In this document: piece by piece, positions 1 to 9,333 of the stretch | How positions within the stretch are numbered: position 1 is the first letter of the stretch | How the letters are laid out: the number at the start of each line of letters is the position of its first letter | Source: Anaerolineae bacterium | GTDB lineage: Bacteria > Chloroflexota > Anaerolineae > CG2-30-64-16 | Direction: 5' to 3' | DNA: 64,000 nucleotides | Assembly: GCA_034434235.1 (NCBI GenBank) | Contig: DAOTZV010000129.1 | Location: 24,284-88,283, forward strand | Translations under genes and position numbers: made by a program | Notes under the pieces: model-generated | What the model was told of the DNA's origin: nothing | What the model saw: the letters and a program-made list of their open reading frames with translations, nothing else | Database searches by the model: none

Positions 1-648
1 GGCATCTTCGGTCGGGACGGTGCGTTCGCCGAGTATCTGACCCTGCCGTTGCCCAACCTCTACCGCGTGCCGCCGGCCGTGCCGGACGAGCGCGCGGTGT
101 TCACCGAACCGCTCGCCGCGGCGTGCGAGATCCTGGAACAGGTCGCCATCCGGCCGACCGACCGCGTGATCGTGGTGGGGGATGGCCGGCTCGGCTTGCT
201 GGCGGCCGCGGTGCTGCGCCTGACCGGCGCCGACCTGCACCTGGTGGGCCGCCACCCCGAGAAGCTGGCCATCGCGCGCGGGTGGGGGATCGCGACGCAC
301 GAGGGGGCCGACGGCCTCCCCGAGCGCCGGGCCGATGTGGTGGTGGAGTGCACCGGTCGGCCGGCCGGCTTCGAGCTGGCGCGACGGCTGGTGCGGCCGG
401 CCGGCGTGCTGGTGTTGAAGAGCACCTATCACGGCGACGTGACGATCAATCTGGCAAGCCTGGTGGTGGACGAGATCACGCTCGTCGGCTCGCGCTGCGG
501 GCCGTTTGCGGCCGCGCTGCGGCTGCTCGAGGCGGGCCTGGTGGACCCGACCCCGCTGATCGCGGCGCGCTATGGATTGGCGGACGGCGAGGCGGCCTTC
601 GACCTGGCCTTCCATCGAGGGGCGCTGAAGGTTCTGCTGGAGCTTTGA
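1..648 (+). CDS. Zn-dependent alcohol dehydrogenase (MDR superfamily), C-terminal part; 5'-truncated by window edge
   Basis: Reading frame is open from nt 1; the Rossmann segment VIVVGDGRLGLLAAAVLRLTGA and a C-terminal GALKVLLEL are typical of zinc ADH/MDR enzymes. Track ORF 49..648 is the in-window M-start. Confidence 0.8.
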   Translation, partial: GIFGRDGAFAEYLTLPLPNLYRVPPAVPDERAVFTEPLAAACEILEQVAIRPTDRVIVVGDGRLGLLAAAVLRLTGADLHLVGRHPEKLAIARGWGIATHEGADGLPERRADVVVECTGRPAGFELARRLVRPAGVLVLKSTYHGDVTINLASLVVDEITLVGSRCGPFAAALRLLEAGLVDPTPLIAARYGLADGEAAFDLAFHRGALKVLLEL

Positions 649-656
649 GAGGAAAA

Positions 657-692
657 ACACGTGCCAGGCGCCTTTTCAGCGCCTGGCACATG
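657..692. repeat. Palindromic hairpin (family A: ACGTGCCAGGCGC-N7-GCGCCTGGCACAT) immediately after the ADH stop
   Basis: Inverted repeat read directly; the GTGCCWGGCAC core is shared with elements at 23455, 24372 and 45264. Confidence 0.5.
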
Positions 693-739
693 TGGAGCGG
701 AATCGTATGGCAGGGGCGCACGGCCGTGCGCCCTTGCCA

Positions 740-982
740 TCAGTGGCCGCAGGTCGAGCAGCTTCCGCCGGCGCACGACCCGCAGGATGATCCGCTGCCC
801 GCCACCAGCCGGCTGTTCCCGCTGGCGTCCTTGCCGACGGCCGCGAAGAGCGAGATCAGGCGCCGGCCGGTCAGCTCCGCGCAGTAGGGACAGGCCACGG
901 GCTCGTCCGCCTGGCTCATCGGACGGAGCACCTCGAAGCGCGTTTCGCAATTGGCGCAACGATATTCGTACAGTGGCATCAT
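740..982 (-). CDS. FmdB-family zinc-ribbon protein
   Basis: N-terminus MMPLYEYRCANCETRFEV and a second CxxC pair (CPYC), with a C-terminal Gly/Ser/Cys-rich tail; typical FmdB putative regulatory zinc ribbon. Confidence 0.8.
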   Translation of the reverse strand: MMPLYEYRCANCETRFEVLRPMSQADEPVACPYCAELTGRRLISLFAAVGKDASGNSRLVAGSGSSCGSCAGGSCSTCGH

Positions 983-2156
983 CTCACCTCGACGAAGGAT
1001 TGGTTTGAATTGTAGCCCGGATTCGACAGGACGTCAAGCTGGCGCGAGGTCTTGCACGATTGCGACGTTCCTCCTGGTGTGCCTCGCCGGCCTGGCCGCC
1101 GCGGGGTTCGGCCCGCCCGTGATCACCGATGGCCGACCGGGTGGATTGCGCCTGTATCCCGAGCACATCCGCGCGGCCCATGCCCTGGCCCGGCCGCCCG
1201 AGGTGACCGCGGCCGCGGCGCTCGTCGTGGACCTCGACGCCGGCCAGGCGCTCTACAGCCGCCGGCCCGCCGAGCCGTGGCCGCCCGCCAGCACGGCCAA
1301 GCTGATGACCGCCCTGGTGGTGGTGCGCCATGCCGATATCCGTCGCCAGGTCGTCGTGTCGGCCCGGGCGGCCGGAACGCCGGGCAGCCGGATGGGATTG
1401 ACGGCCGGCGAAACGTTGACTGTGCGCGACCTGCTCTACGGCCTCTTGTTGCCTTCGGGCAACGATGCGGCCGTCGCCCTGGCCGAGCACGTGGCCGGCA
1501 GCGAAGCGGCCTTCGTCGGCCTGATGAACGAGACCGCGGCCGGCCTGGGATTGCAGGGCACGCGCTTCGCCAACGCGCACGGCAGCGACGTGCCGGGCCA
1601 GGTCACCACCGCGGCCGATCTGGTGATCCTGGCGCAGGCCGTCCTGGCCGATCCGTTGCTCAGCCAGATCGTCGCGACGCCGTCGGCCCAGGTCGGGGGC
1701 CGCACGCTCGCGAACACCAACGAGCTGCTCGGCGCCTATCCGCGCGTGGATGGCGTCAAGACCGGCACGACGGACGCCGCCGGCGAATGCCTTGTCGTTT
1801 CGGTCACGCGCGAGGGCCATCGCCTGGTTGCCGTCGTGCTCGGCAGCCGGGATCGCTATGCCGACGCGCGGCGCCTGCTCGACTTTGCGTTGGTTGGCTG
1901 GCAGTGGCACAATACCGGATTGCCGGACAACGCGCTTGCGTGGACGATCGGGCCGGACGGGGTGGCCTACCGGTTGCGGAGCGTTGCGGCGTCCGACCTG
2001 TTTCTGCCGCGCTGGCAGTGGACGCTGGTGCAGCCGGTGCGCAGCCTGGACGCGGCCGCGGTGCTCACCGGCACGTTGCCGGTGGGCACCCTGACGTGGA
2101 CTTTCGCCGGCCAACCGTTGGCCGCGACGCCCCTGACCGTATGGCCGGGGCCCTGA
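951..2156 (+). CDS. dacB: D-alanyl-D-alanine carboxypeptidase (peptidase S11, PBP5/6-like); start uncertain (a TTG near 1003 is possible)
   Basis: Serine-peptidase motifs STAK (SxxK), SGN and KTGT; hydrophobic signal-like segment TFLLVCLAGLAAAG. Confidence 0.8.
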   Translation: MAQRYSYSGIISPRRRIGLNCSPDSTGRQAGARSCTIATFLLVCLAGLAAAGFGPPVITDGRPGGLRLYPEHIRAAHALARPPEVTAAAALVVDLDAGQALYSRRPAEPWPPASTAKLMTALVVVRHADIRRQVVVSARAAGTPGSRMGLTAGETLTVRDLLYGLLLPSGNDAAVALAEHVAGSEAAFVGLMNETAAGLGLQGTRFANAHGSDVPGQVTTAADLVILAQAVLADPLLSQIVATPSAQVGGRTLANTNELLGAYPRVDGVKTGTTDAAGECLVVSVTREGHRLVAVVLGSRDRYADARRLLDFALVGWQWHNTGLPDNALAWTIGPDGVAYRLRSVAASDLFLPRWQWTLVQPVRSLDAAAVLTGTLPVGTLTWTFAGQPLAATPLTVWPGP

Positions 2157-2177
2157 TGATGGCGGTTCATTTGACCT

Positions 2178-3725
2178 ATGGCTGTTGAACGACTTCAGAA
2201 GATCCTGGCGCAGGCCGGCCTGGGCTCTCGCCGCGCGTGCGAAGAGCTGATCACGGCCGGCCGCGTGAAGGTGGATGGCCGCGTGGTGGCCGAGCTGGGC
2301 GCGAAGGTGGACGCCGCCGTGGCCGAGATCACGGTGGACGACCGGCCCGTCCGACGGCAAGCCCTGCGCTACGTCATGTTGCACAAGCCGGCGGGCTACC
2401 TGTCCACGACGGACCCCCGCGCGGCCTATCCCTCTTGGGAAGAGCTGGTGCACACGCCCGAGCGCCTCTTTCCGGTCGGCCGGCTCGATCACGACAGCGA
2501 AGGGTTGCTGCTGCTGACGAACGACGGCGAGCTGGCCCAGCGCCTGTTGCATCCGAAGTACGAGCACCCCAAGACGTACCTGGTGCAGGTGGCCGGCGTG
2601 CCCACCCCGCGCAAGATCCGGCGCCTGCAACACGGCGTGATGCTGGACGACGGCCCGACCGCGCCGGCCGACGTCGAGCTGTTGCGCGAGCCGCCCCCCG
2701 GGTTTCGCTCCGCTGCTTCCGACGTCGGCCGGGGAGGAGCCGAGGCGCGGCCCACCCGCTGGCTCCAGGTGACCCTTTACGAGGGGCGCAAGCGCCAGTT
2801 GCGGCGCATGGTCGCGCTGCTCGGCCATCCGGCGTTGCGGGTCATCCGCATCGGCCTGGGACCGTTGCTCCTGGGCGATCTGCCGCCCGGCCACTGGCGC
2901 GATCTCACGCCGGACGAAGTGCGCGCCCTCCAGGAGGCGGCCCGTCGCGCCCGGCCGGAGGCGCCGGCCACATCACCCAAGAGCGAAAGGAAGAAACAGT
3001 CATTGTTGCCTGCAACGATTGCCATAGACGGCCCGGCCGCCTCGGGCAAGAGCACCATCGGCGGCCGGCTGGCCAGAAAGTACGGCTATCTCTATCTCGA
3101 CACGGGCGTGATGTATCGCGCGGTGGCGGCCGCGGCCCTGGCCCGCGGCATCCCCATCGCCGATGAAGCGGCCGTCACCGCGCTGGCGCGACGGATCGCC
3201 ATCCAGGTTTTGTCGCCCACCGTGGCCGATGGCCGCGATGTGACCGTGCTGGTGGACGGCGAGGACTTCAGTTGGGAGATCCGCAAGCCCGAAGTCGAGC
3301 GCGTGGTGTCGCCCGTGTCGGCCTATGAGGGCGTGCGCGAAGCCATGGTGCAACAACAGCGGCGCATCGCGCGGCAGGGCCCCGTGGTCATGGTGGGCCG
3401 CGATATCGGCACGGTCGTCCTGCCCGACGCCGACCTCAAGATCTATCTCGACGCGACCTTGCGCGAGCGCGCGAACCGGCGCTATCGCGAGCGGCTGGCG
3501 CGCGGGGAGCAGGCCGATTTCGAGCAGATCCTGGCCGACCTGCGCCGTCGCGACGAGATAGATTCGGGCCGCAAGCATTCGCCGCTGATGCCGGCGCCGG
3601 ATGCGATCATGATAGATAGCACGAACCTGTCCATTGACGAGGTCATGGAGCGGGTCGAGGCCCTGGTGGCGCGTTGGGTTGCCGCCCACGCCGATGGAGC
3701 AGAGCAGCACCATGGCAAAGCGTAG
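2178..3725 (+). CDS. Fusion protein: N-terminal RsuA/RluB-type pseudouridine synthase (S4 domain) plus C-terminal cytidylate kinase
   Basis: One uninterrupted 515-aa ORF. The N-terminus has S4-like LGSRRACEELITAGRVKVDGRVV and the RluB core HDSEGLLLLTNDGELAQRL. After residue ~280 come IAIDGPAASGKST (P-loop), LYLDTGVMYRAVA and the Cmk lid. Confidence 0.8.
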   Translation: MAVERLQKILAQAGLGSRRACEELITAGRVKVDGRVVAELGAKVDAAVAEITVDDRPVRRQALRYVMLHKPAGYLSTTDPRAAYPSWEELVHTPERLFPVGRLDHDSEGLLLLTNDGELAQRLLHPKYEHPKTYLVQVAGVPTPRKIRRLQHGVMLDDGPTAPADVELLREPPPGFRSAASDVGRGGAEARPTRWLQVTLYEGRKRQLRRMVALLGHPALRVIRIGLGPLLLGDLPPGHWRDLTPDEVRALQEAARRARPEAPATSPKSERKKQSLLPATIAIDGPAASGKSTIGGRLARKYGYLYLDTGVMYRAVAAAALARGIPIADEAAVTALARRIAIQVLSPTVADGRDVTVLVDGEDFSWEIRKPEVERVVSPVSAYEGVREAMVQQQRRIARQGPVVMVGRDIGTVVLPDADLKIYLDATLRERANRRYRERLARGEQADFEQILADLRRRDEIDSGRKHSPLMPAPDAIMIDSTNLSIDEVMERVEALVARWVAAHADGAEQHHGKA

Positions 3726-4413
3726 ACGTCGGATCCCGCCCGGGCGCTATTTCTGGGGCCTGGTCCTGCGCTTCTTGATCTGGCTTTTCGTCAGGGTCGA
3801 GATGCGGGGGCTGGAGAACCTCCCGCGGCGCGGTCCCGGCATCATCTATTATAACCACATCCATTGGCTCGACCCGGTCTTGATCAGCGGCAAGCTATCG
3901 CGCTACAACGTCCCTCTCACCAAGATCGAGGCCGCCTCCTGGCCGGTGGTCGGCTTTCTGTTGAAGGGCTATCACGTCATCTTCATCCGCCGCGGCACGG
4001 TGGATCGCCGCGCGTTGACCGCCACCTGGCAGGTGTTGGCCGACGGCGACATCTCCGTCATCTCGCCCGAGGGGACGCGCAGCCCCGACGGGACGCTGAA
4101 GCTGGCCAAAGAGGGGTTGGCCTTTGTCGGCCGCCGCGCGGCCGACGCCTGGTGGATTCCCTGCGCTGTCACCGGCACGCCGAAGTTCCGCTTCTCCATC
4201 CCGCTCATCAAGCGCACGCCGGTGACCCTGACCTTCGGCCGGCCGTTCCGGGTGCGCTGGCCCGAAGCTCAGCCCGAAAGCGCGAGTCGCGAGATGATGC
4301 GCGCGGTCACCGACGAGGCGATGGCCCAGCTTGCCGCGCTCCTGCCGGCCCACATGCGCGGGGACTATGCCGACGCCGATCCATCCCGGCAGCAGTGGAT
4401 CGAGTTTCTGTAA
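3712..4413 (+). CDS. plsC: 1-acyl-sn-glycerol-3-phosphate acyltransferase (PlsC family)
   Basis: HX4D motif NHIHWLDP and PEGTRS motif; N-terminal TM segment; ATG at 3712 overlaps the cmk stop by 14 nt. Confidence 0.8.
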   Translation: MAKRRRRIPPGRYFWGLVLRFLIWLFVRVEMRGLENLPRRGPGIIYYNHIHWLDPVLISGKLSRYNVPLTKIEAASWPVVGFLLKGYHVIFIRRGTVDRRALTATWQVLADGDISVISPEGTRSPDGTLKLAKEGLAFVGRRAADAWWIPCAVTGTPKFRFSIPLIKRTPVTLTFGRPFRVRWPEAQPESASREMMRAVTDEAMAQLAALLPAHMRGDYADADPSRQQWIEFL

Positions 4414-4432
4414 CGTCCGAACAGGGGGTCTC

Positions 4433-6280
4433 ATGTGTGGCATCGTAGGGTATATCGGCCCGCGCAATGCGGCGCAGATCATCATGGACGGCCTGCGCCG
4501 GCTGGAGTATCGGGGCTATGACTCGGCCGGCATCGCCGTGATCCAGGATGGGCGGATTGCCATCCGCCGGGATGTGGGCAAGTTGGGCAACCTGGCCGCC
4601 AGGCTGGAGCAGGCGCCGGTCGCCGGCAACATCGGCATCGGCCATACCCGGTGGGCCACCCACGGCAAGCCCAGCGAACGCAACGCCCACCCCCATGCCG
4701 ACTTCTCGGGCCGGCTGGTGGTGGTGCAGAACGGGATCGTCGAGAACTTTCGCGAGCTGCGCGCCGAACTGGAAGCCGAGGGGATCGAGTTCAAGTCGGA
4801 CACCGACACCGAGGTCATCGCGCACCTGATCGGCCTGTATTGCCGGGAGGGGGCGTCGTTGCCCGCAGCGGTGCGCCGGGCGCTGGCGCATCTGCGCGGG
4901 CCCAGCGCGATCGTCGTCCTCTCGCTCGATCAGCCCGACACGCTGGTCGCGGCCCGGCTGGGCAACGCCGGCGGCGTGACGATCGGCTTCGGCGACGGCG
5001 AGATGTTCATCGCCTCGGACATGCCCGCCATCCTGGAGCACACCCGGCGCATGGCCTTCCTGGAGAACCGCCAGATGGCCGTGGTGACCCGAGAAGGAGC
5101 CACCTTCAGCACCTTCGACGGCCAGCCGTTGCAGCCGGTCGTGCACACCATCCCGTGGGATCCGATCTCGGCGGCCAGGGGCGCGTACAAGCACTTCATG
5201 CAGAAGGAGATCTACGAGCAGGCCAATTCGCTGACCGATACGATTCGCGGCCGGGTAGACCTGGGCGCGGGCGAGGTGTATCTGGAGCAGCTCACCCTGT
5301 CGGCCGAGCAGGCGCGGCGCCTGACCCAGGTGGTCGGCGTGGCGTGCGGCACCTCGTACCATTCGGAGCTGGTGGGCGCGTTCATGTTCGAGCAACTGGC
5401 CCGGCTGCCGGTGCGGGTGGAGTACGCGTCGGAGTTTCGCTATCGCGATCCGGTCATTGACCAAAACACGCTGCTGTTGGCGATCACCCAGTCGGGCGAG
5501 ACGGTGGACACGTTGGCCGCGATGGAGGAGGGGCGCAACAAGGGCGCGCATCTGGCCACGATCGTGAACGTGATCGGCAGCCAGGCGGCGCGCGTCAGCG
5601 ACAGCGTGATCTACATGCACACCGGCCCGGAGATCGGCGTGGCGTCCACCAAGGCGTTCACGGCTTCGCTGGTGGATCAATATCTGCTGGCGGTGCACCT
5701 GGCCGGCCTGCGCGGCACCTTGCCCCCCGAACGGCGCCGCGCGTTGCTCGACGATCTGGCCGCGTTGCCGGCGCTCGTCGGCCGCGTGCTCGAGCCCGAG
5801 ACGCACAAGATCTACGAAGAGCTGGCGCAGCGCTTCTTCCAGTACACCAACTTCCTCTACCTGGGCCGCGGCATCAATTATCCCATCGCGCTGGAAGGCG
5901 CGCTCAAGCTGAAGGAGATCAGCTACATTCACGCGGAGGGGTATCCGGCCGGCGAGATGAAGCACGGGCCGATCGCTCTGATAGACGAGCACATGCCCGT
6001 GGTGGCCATCTGTCCCCAGGACGGCGTCTACGACAAAATGATCAGCCAGATCGAGCAGGTCAAGGCGCGCGGAGGGATCGTCATCGCGGTGGCGACGGAG
6101 GGGGACGATTTCATCCGCACCAAGGCCGATCACGTTTTGACCGTGCCGGCGGCTTCGCCGCTCCTGACGCCGGTGCTGACGGTGATCCCGCTCCAGTTGC
6201 TGGCGTACTACATTGCCGTCCGTCGCGGGGCCGACGTGGATCAGCCGCGCAACCTGGCGAAGAGCGTGACGGTGGAGTAG
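4433..6280 (+). CDS. glmS: Glutamine--fructose-6-phosphate aminotransferase (isomerising)
   Basis: N-terminal MCGIVGYIG with catalytic Cys2 (Ntn amidotransferase), two SIS domains, C-terminal KSVTVE. Confidence 0.95.
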   Translation: MCGIVGYIGPRNAAQIIMDGLRRLEYRGYDSAGIAVIQDGRIAIRRDVGKLGNLAARLEQAPVAGNIGIGHTRWATHGKPSERNAHPHADFSGRLVVVQNGIVENFRELRAELEAEGIEFKSDTDTEVIAHLIGLYCREGASLPAAVRRALAHLRGPSAIVVLSLDQPDTLVAARLGNAGGVTIGFGDGEMFIASDMPAILEHTRRMAFLENRQMAVVTREGATFSTFDGQPLQPVVHTIPWDPISAARGAYKHFMQKEIYEQANSLTDTIRGRVDLGAGEVYLEQLTLSAEQARRLTQVVGVACGTSYHSELVGAFMFEQLARLPVRVEYASEFRYRDPVIDQNTLLLAITQSGETVDTLAAMEEGRNKGAHLATIVNVIGSQAARVSDSVIYMHTGPEIGVASTKAFTASLVDQYLLAVHLAGLRGTLPPERRRALLDDLAALPALVGRVLEPETHKIYEELAQRFFQYTNFLYLGRGINYPIALEGALKLKEISYIHAEGYPAGEMKHGPIALIDEHMPVVAICPQDGVYDKMISQIEQVKARGGIVIAVATEGDDFIRTKADHVLTVPAASPLLTPVLTVIPLQLLAYYIAVRRGADVDQPRNLAKSVTVE

Positions 6281-6316
6281 GCGCACAGGATCCGGTTGAC
6301 GTATCCTCTATAAGCT

Positions 6317-6342
6317 GGGGGACGCCGGTCGCAGACCGGCTG
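6317..6342. repeat. Conserved hairpin element family B (GGGGGACGCCGGTCGCAGACCGGCTG) downstream of glmS
   Basis: A 26-nt identical copy lies at 28209-28234 and a related inverted copy at 59361-59396; the core is a 7-bp stem GCCGGTC/GACCGGC with a 3-nt loop. Confidence 0.55.
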
Positions 6343-6364
6343 GAAGCGGTTCCAATCCTCATAT

Positions 6365-6418
6365 GAACAAGGCCGTCCTGAGCGCTATCGTTGCTCAGGA
6401 CGGCCTTGTTTGTCTTCC
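6365..6418. terminator. Bidirectional intrinsic-terminator-like hairpin between convergent glmS and oppF
   Basis: Perfect 18-bp inverted repeat AACAAGGCCGTCCTGAGC/GCTCAGGACGGCCTTGTT followed by TGTCTTCC. Confidence 0.7.
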
Positions 6419-6434
6419 CCGCCGGCGGCCGGGC

Positions 6435-7445
6435 CTATGTCGGCAGCACGCTCGACAACTGTTCGGACGGCACGGACGGATGGTCTTCGTACCTGTAGCA
6501 CGCCACTGCGTGGTGATCGGCCAGGCGGAAGATCGGCGGCGGGTTCTGGCAAGGGGAAAAGGCGAACGGGCAGCGGGCGAAGAATTTGCAGCCGGTGCCC
6601 TGGTCGTTCAATTCGGATTCCTTCACCTTGATCGCGGTTTCGCCCCAGCGCCGATTGATGTCTGGCCAGGGGATCGAATCGATCAGCAGGCGCGTGTAGG
6701 GGTGTTGCGGGTTCTTGATGATCGTGTCCACATCGCCGGCCTCCATCACCGTGCCGCGATAGAGCACCACGATGGATTTGGCGATGTGGTAGGCCGTGGT
6801 CAGGTCATGGGTGATGTAGATGATGGAGACGCCGTAATCGCGTTGCAGGCCGCGCAACGTCTCCAGAATGGAGGCCCGCAACGAGGCGTCCACCATGGAG
6901 ACCGGCTCGTCGGCCACCAGCAGCTTCGGCCTGAGCACCAGGGCGCGCGCCACGTTGATGCGTTGGCGTTGCCCGCCCGAAAGCTGATGGGGAAACTTGC
7001 CGAGCACATCATCGGGGTGCAGGCCCACCGCCTTCAACGTCTCGTACATCATGCTGCGCACTTCTTTCTTGGATTGCGCCAGCTTGAAGCGGCGGATGGG
7101 CACGGTCAGCAGATGATCCACCGTGTAGAAGGGATTGAACACGGCGAAGGGATCTTGAAAGACCGCCTGCACCTCGCGGCGGAAGGTCATGCGGTCGGCT
7201 CCGCGTAGCTGGCTGATGTCCTGGCCTTTATACAGGATCTGGCCGGATGTCGGCTTGATGAACCCCAGCACCAGCATCGCCAGCGTCGTCTTGCCGCTGC
7301 CGCTTTCTCCTGCCACCGTCAAGATCGTGGGCTTCTCGTCGTCCAGCGTCAGCGAAATATTCGCCAGCGCCGTCGTCGAGATCTTGGAGAGCAGCCCGCG
7401 CGAGTAGACCTTGGTCACATGTCTGAGTTCCAATAATGGCGCCAT
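6435..7445 (-). CDS. oppF: Oligopeptide/dipeptide ABC transporter ATP-binding protein (OppF/DppF-like)
   Basis: Walker A GESGSGKTT, signature LSGGQRQR, Walker B LLVADEP, C-terminal oligopeptide-ABC extension; start MAPLLELRHV. Confidence 0.85.
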   Translation of the reverse strand: MAPLLELRHVTKVYSRGLLSKISTTALANISLTLDDEKPTILTVAGESGSGKTTLAMLVLGFIKPTSGQILYKGQDISQLRGADRMTFRREVQAVFQDPFAVFNPFYTVDHLLTVPIRRFKLAQSKKEVRSMMYETLKAVGLHPDDVLGKFPHQLSGGQRQRINVARALVLRPKLLVADEPVSMVDASLRASILETLRGLQRDYGVSIIYITHDLTTAYHIAKSIVVLYRGTVMEAGDVDTIIKNPQHPYTRLLIDSIPWPDINRRWGETAIKVKESELNDQGTGCKFFARCPFAFSPCQNPPPIFRLADHHAVACYRYEDHPSVPSEQLSSVLPT

Positions 7446-7447
7446 GG

Positions 7448-8413
7448 CTAGACCTTTGTCGAGAAGAGATGGCAGGCGACCGTGCGTTCGCCGGGCAGGG
7501 TGACCAGCGACGGAACGGTGGTGCGGCAGACCTCCATCGCGTGCATGCAACGGGGATGGAATGCGCAGCCGGGGGGCAGCCGCAACAGGGAGGGCGCCAG
7601 GCCCGGAATGCCCTGGAACACGCCTTTGTTATCCAGGCGGGGCAGGCTGTTGATCAACGCCTGCGCGTACGGGTGCTTGGGGTCGGTGAACATATCGCGC
7701 ACCGTGCTCACCTCCATCAGCCGGCCGGCGTACATCACCGCCACCTTGTCCACGAACTGGGCCATCAGCCCCATGTCGTGGCCGATCAGGATCACCGCCG
7801 CGCCGATCTGATTCTTCACCCGGTCGATCGTCTCCATCACCTGGCGCTGCGTCACCACGTCGAGGGCGCTGGTCGGCTCATCGCAGATGATCACCTTGGG
7901 CTTGAGCAGGATGCTGATGGCGATGCACACCCGCTGCTTCATGCCGCCGCTCAGCTCGTGGGCGTACATCTTGAGGACGCTGGGCTTGAGGTCCACCGAC
8001 TCGAGCGCCTGGCGGCAGCGTTCTTCGATCTCCTGCTTGGAGGCCGCGCGATCGTGCGCCCGAATGGCGTCGGCCATCTGCGCGCCGATGCGCGTCACCG
8101 GATTCAGCGAGTTCATGGCGCCCTGCGGGATATAGGCGATCTTGCTCAAGCGCGCCTGCAACATCTCCTGTTCGGAGAGATCCCGCAGATTGATCCCGTC
8201 TACGATCACCTGGCCGCCCTCGATGCGGCCAGGTGGCTTGATCATGCGCATCATGGCCAGCGCCATCGTGCTCTTGCCGGAGCCGGATTCGCCCACCAGG
8301 CCCAACTTCTCGCCCGGATTCAACGAAAACGACACGCCCGCCAGCGCCATGGCCCGGCCGGCGTCGGTGTAGTACGAAACCTGCAGGTCGCGAACTTCGA
8401 GAATCGGTTGCAT
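7448..8413 (-). CDS. oppD: Oligopeptide/dipeptide ABC transporter ATP-binding protein (OppD/DppD-like)
   Basis: GESGSGKST, LSGGMKQRV, VIICDEPTSALD; C-terminal Cys-containing extension (CAFHPRC) typical of OppD; start MQPILEVRDL. Confidence 0.85.
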   Translation of the reverse strand: MQPILEVRDLQVSYYTDAGRAMALAGVSFSLNPGEKLGLVGESGSGKSTMALAMMRMIKPPGRIEGGQVIVDGINLRDLSEQEMLQARLSKIAYIPQGAMNSLNPVTRIGAQMADAIRAHDRAASKQEIEERCRQALESVDLKPSVLKMYAHELSGGMKQRVCIAISILLKPKVIICDEPTSALDVVTQRQVMETIDRVKNQIGAAVILIGHDMGLMAQFVDKVAVMYAGRLMEVSTVRDMFTDPKHPYAQALINSLPRLDNKGVFQGIPGLAPSLLRLPPGCAFHPRCMHAMEVCRTTVPSLVTLPGERTVACHLFSTKV

Positions 8414-8420
8414 GGGGTAG

Positions 8421-9320
8421 CTACTCCGTCCGGCGGATGCGTGGGTTGGCCAGCTCATCGAGGCCCATGTTGATCAGGGCCAGCGAACCGAGGATGAGCA
8501 CCATCGCGATGGCGGGCTCAAGCGGCCACCACCACCAGCCGTTGAAGAAGGCGCCCTGCGATTGCGCCGCCCAGATCGTGTTGCCCAGCAGCGGCTCGCG
8601 CAGCGGCCCCAGGCCGAGCACCGCCAGATAAAACGAGGCGAACATGGATGAGAAGACCTGCCCCACGAATGCGGCGGCGATGAAAGGCAACAGATTGGGC
8701 AGGATCTCCTGAAAGATGATGCCCAGGTCGCCCATGCCCGACAGCTTCGCCACCGAAACGAACTGACGCTCCTTCATCGAAAGCACCTGCGCCCGAATCA
8801 CCAGGGTCGGATTCATCCAGGCCAGCAACACGACGATGAACGCCATGGTGTAGATCGTCACCTCCCGCTTATCAATCGAGCCGGCGATGACGACCTGGAT
8901 CAAGAAGGCCGGGATGGGCGTCAGGATCTGGCAGACGCCTTTGATGGCGGCGTCGATCGCGCCGCCGAAGTAGGCCGAAGTGAAGCCCAGGAACACGCCG
9001 ATCAGCGTGCCGATGGCGCCGGCGATGATGCCGATGAGCGCCGTCTGCCACAGCCCCACCACCATCGCCGCGTACAGATCGCGGCCGAAGAAGTCGGTGC
9101 CGAAGGGATACTTCGCGCTGGGGGGGAGCTTGGGGGGCGCCGCCAGCGGATAGGCGTTCTTCGGGTCAATGGTCAACATGCCGTGGATGGTGAAGACCGC
9201 CAGGGCCAGCACGACAAGCAAGCCGACGACCAGGCTTTGATTGCGGCGCAAATAGCGCAACACCAGCACCAGGCGGCTTGGTCGCAACACATCGGGTTGA
9301 GAAATCGCCACTGTAGTCAT
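8421..9320 (-). CDS. oppC: ABC transporter permease (OppC/DppC-like)
   Basis: Six predicted TM segments, N-terminal periplasmic segment, in-operon position. Confidence 0.8.
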   Translation of the reverse strand: MTTVAISQPDVLRPSRLVLVLRYLRRNQSLVVGLLVVLALAVFTIHGMLTIDPKNAYPLAAPPKLPPSAKYPFGTDFFGRDLYAAMVVGLWQTALIGIIAGAIGTLIGVFLGFTSAYFGGAIDAAIKGVCQILTPIPAFLIQVVIAGSIDKREVTIYTMAFIVVLLAWMNPTLVIRAQVLSMKERQFVSVAKLSGMGDLGIIFQEILPNLLPFIAAAFVGQVFSSMFASFYLAVLGLGPLREPLLGNTIWAAQSQGAFFNGWWWWPLEPAIAMVLILGSLALINMGLDELANPRIRRTE

Positions 9321-9333
9321 TGCGCCTCGCTTC

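Noticed and set aside
984-2894. 636-aa minus-strand ORF antisense to dacB and rluB-cmk
   Set aside because: Arg/Ala/Gly-rich low-complexity translation typical of antisense frames in high-GC DNA; the sense genes have clear catalytic motifs.
4307-6286. 659-aa minus-strand ORF antisense to glmS
   Set aside because: glmS on the plus strand is unambiguous (MCGIVGY start, SIS domains); the antisense ORF is compositional.
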